A stretch of 51,476 bases of DNA from an uncultured bacterium (GTDB lineage Bacteria > SAR324 > NAC60-12), in contig CAXGMD010000014.1 of the NCBI GenBank assembly GCA_964010765.1, positions 1 to 51,476 of the forward strand, given 5' to 3'. Both the position numbers and the translations under genes were made by a program. A model generated the notes under the pieces. That model saw only the letters and a list, made by a program, of their open reading frames with translations. It was not told the DNA's origin and did no database searches. Shown piece by piece: positions 17,859-28,439 of this stretch; position 1 is the first letter of the stretch; each line of letters starts with the position of its first letter.

Positions 17859-19028
17859 TTAGCGGTAGTATTCACGAACATCCAGTGGCTGGGAATCCGG
17901 CAGGGGGAGGCGAGATTGCAGAACACGTTGAACGAGCTGAGCGCCCTGCTGTAGTAATCGCTCTAGTGGCTTACGATCTGCGACAGTACGGATCTCGATC
18001 ACATCAAAGCCCTCTCCCATCTTGCCGTGTAGATAGTCGTCACTCGTCATCAGCTCATCCACTAATTTCAGCTTCAAGGCTTTGGAGGCCAACCAATATT
18101 CGCCTGTTGCTACTTGCTCAATATCCAAACCCTCTCGATATTGTGTAATATGGTCCTTGAAAGCTTGGTGAATCGCAGACAGATCCGCTTGGAATTTCTC
18201 TCGTGCTTCCTCTGTCACTTCAGCGAAGGGGGTCACGGTACGCTTGTACTCGCCTGCTGTGAAGAGGTAGTAGTCAATTTCATTACGCTGAAGAACACGA
18301 TGAAAATTCGGCACACTCGCTACAACACCGATTGAACCAAGAAAAGCGAAAGGAGCTGCAATGATTTTTTGAGCTGCGGCTGCCATCATATAGCCACCAC
18401 TAGCTGCAACAGTGTCTACGCAAACTGTGCAATTCAAGCCAGCTTGGCGCAATCGTAATAATTGCGAACTGGCATAACCATATTGAGCAACCGCTCCACC
18501 AGGGCTGGTCAGTCGGACTACAATTTCATCAGAAGGAAGGGCAATCTGCAGCAGAAAGGATATTTCTTCGCGTAGTTGCTCAACGGCGCTGGCCATTATG
18601 TTGCCGGTGAAGGAAAGGACATAAACACGATTGGAGTGTTTTCCGATCACCTCTTCCGTACTCAGTCCGCTGTCCAGTTGCTCCTTGATTTTTTCCAGTG
18701 TGGTTTGGGAATCTGACTTTGCCTCTTGTTCCTCACTCTTCCCTTCTTTCTTCTGTGCCTTACGAAGTAATTTAAGCGCTGCCTTGGGTAAAAATGGATG
18801 CTTTTGAAGTTCTCGTTGAAGAGAATCTAGGTCAGAGTCGAAGCGGTCGTTCAGATAACGAAAACTGAGGTGGGTTTTTGGTCGATTGCCTGGAGTCCTT
18901 TTTCGACGCCGGAAAGCACGCCATAGCATTAGTATCCCTGCAATCAAAAAAAGCAGCAGACTGACGTAATAGAATGTGAAATAGTTGACGACGAAGTCCA
19001 GCAGAGGGGAGGCGTTTTCGGATTCCAT
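17859..19028 (-). CDS. sohB: Protease SohB (peptidase S49)
   Basis: 'SPGG', '[13 protein letters not shown]', 'GSIGV', 'TAGEYKRT', 'ATGEYW'. Confidence 0.92.
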   Translation of the reverse strand: MESENASPLLDFVVNYFTFYYVSLLLFLIAGILMLWRAFRRRKRTPGNRPKTHLSFRYLNDRFDSDLDSLQRELQKHPFLPKAALKLLRKAQKKEGKSEEQEAKSDSQTTLEKIKEQLDSGLSTEEVIGKHSNRVYVLSFTGNIMASAVEQLREEISFLLQIALPSDEIVVRLTSPGGAVAQYGYASSQLLRLRQAGLNCTVCVDTVAASGGYMMAAAAQKIIAAPFAFLGSIGVVASVPNFHRVLQRNEIDYYLFTAGEYKRTVTPFAEVTEEAREKFQADLSAIHQAFKDHITQYREGLDIEQVATGEYWLASKALKLKLVDELMTSDDYLHGKMGEGFDVIEIRTVADRKPLERLLQQGAQLVQRVLQSRLPLPDSQPLDVREYYR

Positions 19029-19095
19029 TTGGAAGAGAAAGCAGGTTAGACGGAAGTCAGGAGACAGAAGTCTTTGACTGTGAAAAATATCTTAG

Positions 19096-21494
<2,399 letters not shown>

Positions 21495-21629
21495 GTTTCG
21501 ATTTCCATCAACATAGAAATTTATAATCCCAGATCTACATCGACAAGATGCTGGAGTTCTTCATAAAATCAGTGTATCTCCTCCGACTTTGTATCAAAAA
21601 TCCTGACACCTCGTACCCTCTTAGAAAGC

Positions 21630-22886
21630 ATGGAGATTCAGAACAACCAACTTCACCTCGGTGGACTGAGTGCGGAAGCCCTTCGTATCAACTTTGGCTC
21701 TCCTCTCTATGTCTATGAAGAGGACTCTCTTCGGAGTCAGTGCCGCCGTCTGCTGAGCTGCTTTGAGGAATTACATCAACAGCAAAGACTGCAGTTGCAC
21801 TTCGCAATGAAGGCCAACTCCAACCCATCAATCCTCAAGGTTTTGCGAGAAGAAGGCGCTTGGATTGATGCCGTCTCTCCTTATGAAGTGCAACTGGCAC
21901 TCGACTGTGGTTACAGGCCGGAACAGATTTTGTTCACAGGCAACAACACTGCTCCAGAAGAATTGGATTTCTGTGTAGAAAATGGAGTTCCACTCAACAT
22001 CGGATCTTTATTTACGCTGGAACACTTCGGTAAGCGATATTCTGGAAAAAATATTTCATTACGGGTGAATCCGGGGGTCGGTGCTGGGCATCATGCTCAC
22101 TGTATCACAGGAGGGCCACGCTCTAAGTTTGGCATCTACCATGATCAACTGGAGCAGGCTCAAGAACTGGCTCAGCACTATAGCCTTCGCATCATCGGGA
22201 TTCAGTCCCACATTGGTACGGGTATTTTTGCACCAGAGCCAATGCTAGAAGCGATGGAGATGATTCTTGCGCTTGCAGAACTCTTCACCGAACTGGAATT
22301 CATTGATTTTGGGGGTGGCTTTGGCATTCCTTATCGTCCTGAACAACAAGAAATGGATGTAAATGCACTAGGCCAACAGATGACGGAAAGATTTGAAAAA
22401 TTCTGCAAGGAATATGGTCGTCCTCTCTCCATGAAGCTGGAGCCTGGGCGTTATCTTGTTGGACCAGCTGGATTTCTGCTGTTGAGCGTCACTAACCGTA
22501 AACACACTCCCGAATATCAATTTGTTGGCACTGATTCCGGTTTTCATCACTTGGTGCGTCCAACCATGTATGGCTCCTATCACAGGATCTGGAATGCCTC
22601 CCGAATGGAAGATGAACTCGAGACAGTGGCGGTGGTGGGAAATGTCTGTGAAACTGGAGACTTTTTCAGTGTCGATCAAGGCAACATCCAACGTGATCTG
22701 CCAAAAACCACAGTGGGAGACTGCCTTGTGATTGCAGATGCTGGAGCCTACGGTTTTTCCATGAGTTCCCAATATAATTCTCGGCCACGGCCAGCAGAAG
22801 TTTTGGTAAAAGATGGACAAGCTCAGTTGATTCGTCGAGCAGAACGGTACACAGACCTGCTACGCACCACACAGGAACTGGATTAA
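21630..22886 (+). CDS. lysA: Diaminopimelate decarboxylase
   Basis: 'FAMKAN', 'SKFG', 'HIG', 'DFGGGFG', 'EPGRYLV', 'CETGD', 'GAYG..MSSQYN'. Confidence 0.92.
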   Translation: MEIQNNQLHLGGLSAEALRINFGSPLYVYEEDSLRSQCRRLLSCFEELHQQQRLQLHFAMKANSNPSILKVLREEGAWIDAVSPYEVQLALDCGYRPEQILFTGNNTAPEELDFCVENGVPLNIGSLFTLEHFGKRYSGKNISLRVNPGVGAGHHAHCITGGPRSKFGIYHDQLEQAQELAQHYSLRIIGIQSHIGTGIFAPEPMLEAMEMILALAELFTELEFIDFGGGFGIPYRPEQQEMDVNALGQQMTERFEKFCKEYGRPLSMKLEPGRYLVGPAGFLLLSVTNRKHTPEYQFVGTDSGFHHLVRPTMYGSYHRIWNASRMEDELETVAVVGNVCETGDFFSVDQGNIQRDLPKTTVGDCLVIADAGAYGFSMSSQYNSRPRPAEVLVKDGQAQLIRRAERYTDLLRTTQELD

Positions 22887-22938
22887 TTCACTGCGTAAAG
22901 TCAACACAGACTGATCAATATCGGCAAAGGAGAACTGG

Positions 22939-24435
22939 ATGGAAAATTACGACTTGTGCGTACTAGGAGGAGGACCTTCGGGCTATGCTGCCGCAATGCG
23001 TGCCGTTGATTTCGGCAAGAAAGTCATTCTCGTGGAAAGAAGCCGATTAGGAGGCGCCGGGGTCTACAACGGAGCACTTTCTTCGAAGACGTTCTGGGAA
23101 CTCTCCAAGGAAATTGCCTCCATGCGTCATAAGTTGGACAGCTACGGAATGAAAATGCCGCAGATCCCCTTTGGCAGCATCTTGGAAGAGGTTGATAATG
23201 CCGTCTACGAACGCTCTGCTCAGTTGGAAGAGCACCTGCGACAAATTGTTCATCGTGACGGAGAAAACTTCCGATTCGTCAAGGGAAGTGGCCGTTTACT
23301 CACGCCAAACAAGATCGAAATGCGGGGTGAGTTTGAGCCCTACGTAGTAAGATCCGACTACACTATCATTGCTACCGGAAGCCGTCCTCGGATGCTACCC
23401 AATGTGGATGTGGACGAGCGCATCATCATGACCAGTGACGGCATGAGTGGTCTTCGTTCCTTCCCGAAGAGTCTGATCATTGTTGGAGCTGGGGTGATCG
23501 GCTGTGAGTTCGCTAGTATTTTCTCGAATTTTGGGAACACCGATGTCCGCTTGATTGCGCGAGATAACCGTATTCTTCCCTTCGAAGATGAGGACCTGAC
23601 TAAAATTATAGAGCGTAATCTTGAAAAAAGCGGGGTGACGATCCATCGACAATCCTCTTTGATTTCCATGAAGATTGTTAGCGGAGAAGTTGAGTACGTG
23701 ATTGGAACTCCCCAAGGTGAAGAAACCCATCAAGTAGAACGAGCATTGATCTCCATTGGTCGAGTACCCAACATTGAAAACACGGGAGCCCGTGAATTAG
23801 GAGTGAGGCTGGATCGAGCTGGTTGCATTGATGATGAAGATACCTCCACAAACCTGTCAAACATCTACGCTGTAGGAGACATGACTGCGGATATTGCTCT
23901 TGTCAACGTAGGGGAACTCGAAGGCAGACATGCCGTGGAAAAAATCTTTGGTCGACCCAGTCGACCTCTGATCTACGAAAACATCTCTACCATTATGTTC
24001 CTCGCTCCAGAGGTCGCTGGAGTGGGCATGAACGAAGCACAGGCTCGCAAAGCAGGGGCACCCTTCCGAGTGGCCTCCTTCGATTATCGTTGTATCCCAC
24101 GCGCAATCGCAATGCGTCACAGCGAGGGCTTTTTCAAGATTGTGGTAACAGATGACGAGGAGATGCGCATTCTTGGGATGCGTGCCATTGGAGAACATGC
24201 CTCCAGCGCTATCCAGGCTGTAGCCCTACTGATCTCCATGCGAAAAGGGATTGGTGAATTAGCTGAACTGATACACCCCCATCCTTCGATTATCGAAGGC
24301 ATACAGGAATGCGTACGGATGCTGCTCGGCAAGTCGATTTACAAACCTGATGTTTTCCGTGAGTACCTACGATTACGGGCATGGCGAGACGGAAACTACG
24401 AGGAATTGGTGTGGCCACTGAAGAAAAGTGAATAA
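22939..24435 (+). CDS. Pyridine nucleotide-disulfide oxidoreductase family flavoprotein (Lpd/SthA-like), lacking redox cysteines
   Basis: 'GGGPSG', 'IATGSRP', 'GAGVIGCE', 'IYAVGD', 'HPHPSIIE'; the CxxxxC site reads 'GGAGVYNGALSSK'. Confidence 0.85.
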   Translation: MENYDLCVLGGGPSGYAAAMRAVDFGKKVILVERSRLGGAGVYNGALSSKTFWELSKEIASMRHKLDSYGMKMPQIPFGSILEEVDNAVYERSAQLEEHLRQIVHRDGENFRFVKGSGRLLTPNKIEMRGEFEPYVVRSDYTIIATGSRPRMLPNVDVDERIIMTSDGMSGLRSFPKSLIIVGAGVIGCEFASIFSNFGNTDVRLIARDNRILPFEDEDLTKIIERNLEKSGVTIHRQSSLISMKIVSGEVEYVIGTPQGEETHQVERALISIGRVPNIENTGARELGVRLDRAGCIDDEDTSTNLSNIYAVGDMTADIALVNVGELEGRHAVEKIFGRPSRPLIYENISTIMFLAPEVAGVGMNEAQARKAGAPFRVASFDYRCIPRAIAMRHSEGFFKIVVTDDEEMRILGMRAIGEHASSAIQAVALLISMRKGIGELAELIHPHPSIIEGIQECVRMLLGKSIYKPDVFREYLRLRAWRDGNYEELVWPLKKSE

Positions 24436-24481
24436 ACGGACAATCTAGCTCTCTGCAATAAACCCACTCTGGAGAACCCAC

Positions 24482-25885
24482 ATGAGTCTCCCACAACAAA
24501 AGCTGCAAGCCACAGACCTTGAGCGGTGTTTATCAGAATTAAAGGTGCTACTGGGTGATCGCCTCTCTACAGCAAGCGATGTACGTCAGTTACATGGGAA
24601 AGACGCCTCCTTCCACGAGGTTCATGAACCTGATGCTGTCGCTTTCGTGGAGAGTAACGAGGAAGTTGCTGAGATCGTCAAGTTTTGCTTACGGTATCGG
24701 ATTCCCATCATCCCCTTTGGTTCAGGAACATCTTTGGAAGGACACATCGCAGCGCTTTATGGAGGGATTAGCCTCGATCTTTCAAGAATGAATCAAGTAC
24801 TCGAAGTCAACGAAAATGATCTCGACTGTCGGGTACAAGCAGGAGTAACCCGTAAGCAACTTAACGAGCACCTGCGATCAGCGAATCTGTTCTTTCCAAT
24901 TGATCCTGGTGCGGACGCTTCGATTGGTGGAATGACGGCAACCCGGGCTTCAGGCACCAATGCGGTCCGCTATGGAACCATGCGTGAAAACGTGTTGGGT
25001 CTGACGGTGATCAATGCTGAAGGAAGAATTCTGAAAACCGGCACGCGTTCCCGAAAGTCTTCTGCAGGCTACGATCTGACGCGCCTATTGGTAGGCTCTG
25101 AAGGCACACTGGGCATCATTACAGAGATCCAGCTACGTCTGCACGGGATACCAGAAGCAATCTCTGCAGCTGTCTGCTCTTTTGAAACTCTTGCTGGGGC
25201 AGTCAACACGGTTATCTCTGTAATGCAATCCGGGCTACCCGTCGCACGTGTAGAGCTACTGGATGAGGTTCAGATGGATGCCCTGAATCAGTATTCCAAC
25301 CTAGACTATCCCAAAAAACCCACCCTTTTCTTTGAATTCAATGGAACGCAACGCTGGGTGGAAGAGCAGTCGCAATTGGTCGGAGAACTTGCTGGTAAAA
25401 ATGGCGGGGGAAGCTTCCGTTGGGCCACCGATGAAGCAGAACGAGTGAAACTCTGGGATGCTCGACATGATGCTTACTACGCAGCGATGGCTCTCAAACC
25501 AGGTTGTAAGGGTTGGCCTACCGATGTTTGTGTCCCCATTTCTCGACTAGCAGAGTGTATTCTCGAAACTCGGGCCGACATCGACGCATCAAAACTCACA
25601 GTACCCATTGTTGGTCATGTGGGGGACGGGAATTTTCATCTACTCTTCTTGATCGATCCAGCCAACGAGGCAGAAGATTTGAAGCAATTTCAGCAGTTGA
25701 ATGATCGTTTGATTGAGCGGGCTTTGAAAATGGGAGGGACTTGCACCGGTGAGCATGGTGTCGGGATAGGTAAGATTCACTACATGCGCGCCGAACACGG
25801 AGAATCTGTAGAGATGATGCGACAGATCAAGCAAGCTCTAGATCCATTAAACCTCTTCAACCCTGGGAAACTCGTCCCCGCTTGA
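24482..25885 (+). CDS. FAD-linked oxidase, D-lactate dehydrogenase/GlcD family
   Basis: 'GSGTSLEG', 'DPGADASIGG', 'GSEGTLG', 'GHVGDGNFH', 'GEHGVG', 'NPGK'. Confidence 0.9.
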   Translation: MSLPQQKLQATDLERCLSELKVLLGDRLSTASDVRQLHGKDASFHEVHEPDAVAFVESNEEVAEIVKFCLRYRIPIIPFGSGTSLEGHIAALYGGISLDLSRMNQVLEVNENDLDCRVQAGVTRKQLNEHLRSANLFFPIDPGADASIGGMTATRASGTNAVRYGTMRENVLGLTVINAEGRILKTGTRSRKSSAGYDLTRLLVGSEGTLGIITEIQLRLHGIPEAISAAVCSFETLAGAVNTVISVMQSGLPVARVELLDEVQMDALNQYSNLDYPKKPTLFFEFNGTQRWVEEQSQLVGELAGKNGGGSFRWATDEAERVKLWDARHDAYYAAMALKPGCKGWPTDVCVPISRLAECILETRADIDASKLTVPIVGHVGDGNFHLLFLIDPANEAEDLKQFQQLNDRLIERALKMGGTCTGEHGVGIGKIHYMRAEHGESVEMMRQIKQALDPLNLFNPGKLVPA

Positions 25886-25951
25886 TTTCACGTACTCGAG
25901 ATATTCAGAGCTATGGACTTTGGGTTCCCGCACGTTCCTATTACCTTGAGG

Positions 25952-27091
25952 CTATGTGCTCAGTAATCCACTCTGAGCCAGGCGTTTCACAGCTTCTGAC
26001 AGCACACTGGGGTCATTGGCATAGCTGAAGCGCAAAAATCCTTCACCTCCAGGACCAAAATCACTGCCAGGAGTTAAAGCAACTCCAGTTTTTTCCAGAA
26101 TCTGCATTGCCATCTCTAGCGATGGCATTTCCTTTCGATAGCGGAAAAACACGTAAAATGCTCCGCTTGGATCATAGCCTGGATCCAGCCCATGGTTGCG
26201 GAGTGTTTGCAGAAACATATCTCGACGCTGCCTGAACTCCTGCTGATTTCTCTCTAGTGCCCCTCCATCATCTTGCAGTACAGCCAGTGCTACCTCCTGC
26301 ATCAAGGTGTTTGCCGAAATCATCAGGTTTTGGTGCATCCGGATTGCCGTTGGCATCCATTCGTCTGGTAGAATCAAGTATCCCATTCGCCAGCCAGTCA
26401 TCCCGTAGGATTTTGAAAGGCCATGAAGGATCAAGGCATTCTCTGAGAATCGTAAATACGAAAGTGGTGCTGCGTCGTAACTTAGATCCAGGTAGATTTC
26501 ATCAGAGATAACCGGCAAGCCAAGCTCTGCAATCGCCCGCATGGAAACTTCGTCTAGGACTGTTCCCGTTGGATTCATGGGGGAGTTCAGTAAAATCGCC
26601 CTGGTATTTTTCGTGAGGCACTGCTGGACCACATCTGTCTTCAGCTGGAATCCATCTTCAAGATGCAAGGGCACTCTCACTGGGTTTAGCCCTGCCATCA
26701 AGATCAGGTTGTCATAACAAGCGTAACCAGGGTCGGTAAGCAAGATGTCGCTACCAGGTGGGGCAATCAGACGGAGAGCAAGGAACAGTAGTGGGGAGGT
26801 TCCATTCGAGATCAATATCTGCTCAGCTCGTACTGGGGTTTGATAAAGCCGAGTGTGCCGCTGCGCAATTGCCTCCCGTAACTCAGCAATACCGCAGGTG
26901 TTGGTGTAACCAAAGTGTTGATTAGCAACCTGTTGGAGTCGCTGACCAACCACTGGAGGTGGCGAAACGTCTGGCTCTCCAAATTCTAGATGAAGAATGC
27001 TGTGTCCTTGTTTCTCCAATTCCTGGGCACGCCCAAAGACCTCCATCGCCAGAAAACTAGTAATCGAATCAAGATGATTCGGTAAGGACAT
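25952..27091 (-). CDS. PLP-dependent aminotransferase class I/II
   Basis: 'GEPD', 'NSPMNPTG', 'SDEIY', 'SKSYGMTGWRMG'; start moved to MSLPNH (27091) to avoid overlap with mtnN. Confidence 0.9.
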   Translation of the reverse strand: MSLPNHLDSITSFLAMEVFGRAQELEKQGHSILHLEFGEPDVSPPPVVGQRLQQVANQHFGYTNTCGIAELREAIAQRHTRLYQTPVRAEQILISNGTSPLLFLALRLIAPPGSDILLTDPGYACYDNLILMAGLNPVRVPLHLEDGFQLKTDVVQQCLTKNTRAILLNSPMNPTGTVLDEVSMRAIAELGLPVISDEIYLDLSYDAAPLSYLRFSENALILHGLSKSYGMTGWRMGYLILPDEWMPTAIRMHQNLMISANTLMQEVALAVLQDDGGALERNQQEFRQRRDMFLQTLRNHGLDPGYDPSGAFYVFFRYRKEMPSLEMAMQILEKTGVALTPGSDFGPGGEGFLRFSYANDPSVLSEAVKRLAQSGLLST

Positions 27092-27126
27092 GTGTAAATC
27101 TCTTGGTGTGTAACTTGGGAGAGAGC

Positions 27127-27819
27127 TTACAGAACTCCGAGGATGGCGTTCACGACACGGTAACTCCTGGCTGCGGCCTCTTTCAGAAAGGTGGGGAAGT
27201 CTTCCATACTTTCTTCGCCAGCAAGATCGCTCAAACTTCGGACAATCATACATCGAACACCGAATTGTTCGGCAACCTGCGCAATAGCAGCGCCTTCCAT
27301 TTCTATCGCCTGCGCTTGAAATTTTTTGAAGAGTTGTTGGCGGGTTTCTTTACAATTGAGGAAGGTGTCTCCAGAGAGGATCCTGCCAAAGTAGGCATCT
27401 GGGTGAGCTTGCTGGATCCTGGCCTTCAGTTCCTCGTCTAGTCTGAAAGGTGGATTTTCCTTTGGAAGTCCCATTGGCAGAGTGCCAGCTCGATGCGCAA
27501 TCAACTCTTGGTCAATGATGGTTCCGTAGTCGTGCTGCCATAATTCATCCGCAATCACCAGATCTCCAATCTTTAGGCTTGGATCTAAACCACCAGCAAC
27601 CCCAGAAAAGATCAGTAATTCACAGTTGAAGTGCTGAATCAGGATGGTCGAGGCCACGGCGGAGTTGACCTTACCAATACCAGATTCAACCAGAGTCAGT
27701 TCGTGGGAACCATGCTTCCCTTGAAAATAATCTCTCCCTCCTGATCGAGCCGCAGGTAGTGAGCTTGGAGAGAAATGTCGCAACTCTTCAGGAATTGCGC
27801 AGAGGATCCCAATACGCAT
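27127..27819 (-). CDS. mtnN: 5'-methylthioadenosine/S-adenosylhomocysteine nucleosidase
   Basis: 'SGIGKVN', 'SGVAGG', 'SGDTF', 'EMEGAA', 'RSLSD'. Confidence 0.93.
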   Translation of the reverse strand: MRIGILCAIPEELRHFSPSSLPAARSGGRDYFQGKHGSHELTLVESGIGKVNSAVASTILIQHFNCELLIFSGVAGGLDPSLKIGDLVIADELWQHDYGTIIDQELIAHRAGTLPMGLPKENPPFRLDEELKARIQQAHPDAYFGRILSGDTFLNCKETRQQLFKKFQAQAIEMEGAAIAQVAEQFGVRCMIVRSLSDLAGEESMEDFPTFLKEAAARSYRVVNAILGVL

Positions 27820-27828
27820 TCAAACCAC

Positions 27829-27954
27829 TCAGAAATACTTTTCACAAACTCTTGGAAAATCGCGCTTAACGCACCAGTCGTAGAATCGTCCGCTATGGCA
27901 GGATGACAACAACAGGGCGATGAGAAATACGAGCAGCGTATTTCGACCAAACAT
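27829..27954 (-). CDS. Putative 41-aa lipoprotein (not in supplied ORF track)
   Basis: Hand translation MFGRNTLLVFLIALLLSSCHSGRFYDWCVKRDFPRVCEKYF*; lipobox LSSC; fills the gap between two same-strand genes. Confidence 0.65.
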   Translation of the reverse strand: MFGRNTLLVFLIALLLSSCHSGRFYDWCVKRDFPRVCEKYF

Positions 27955-27973
27955 CTCTAGCTCGCTCAATCTA

Positions 27974-28225
27974 TCAAAGCCAGACGTGAGGAGTACCAAA
28001 GGTTGCCAGTAACAGTATTAAAGATACCAATAGAGCAAGGCCAATCATCAGGAAGCTGACATAATTGTCGGTCCCGTGACTGACACCAATCTCACCAGCT
28101 TCTCTCTTTTTCATCAGTTCACTATCAAATTTCTCGCTTTGAGCAATTTCCTTTGCTCGTTCCCGAGCATCGTCTTCAAACTCTTTCTGCAATTCCTGAA
28201 TGTCTTTTTGGGTCGGGTTAAGCAT
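27974..28225 (-). CDS. Hypothetical small protein with C-terminal membrane anchor
   Basis: Start MLNPTQ after GGAG; charged helical N-terminus and one hydrophobic C-terminal segment. Confidence 0.7.
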   Translation of the reverse strand: MLNPTQKDIQELQKEFEDDARERAKEIAQSEKFDSELMKKREAGEIGVSHGTDNYVSFLMIGLALLVSLILLLATFGTPHVWL

Positions 28226-28439
28226 GAATTCTCCAGAATCAAAAATAGATAAAATGCTAAACACTCAGTTTCTTACCCACAGTTGCTGCAAAAGTCCATC
28301 CTCCAGCCAAGGAAGTTTTCGTAGAATGCAAAATTGGTTGTAATTTTCTTACTTCTGCCTCAATCTCAGACTACTTTCCCAGCCCATGTGCTCTCGGGTC
28401 TGGCTCACCAAGATTGAATTCAAATCCTCAAAATCACAA

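Noticed and set aside
21495..21629. Lysine riboswitch upstream of lysA
   Set aside because: Region is too short and lacks the L-box signature
25952..27253. N-terminal extensions from the ORF track (aminotransferase, apaG, acpP, ccmH, rpsB)
   Set aside because: Downstream ATGs with RBS or normal family length fit better; some extensions overlap neighbouring genes
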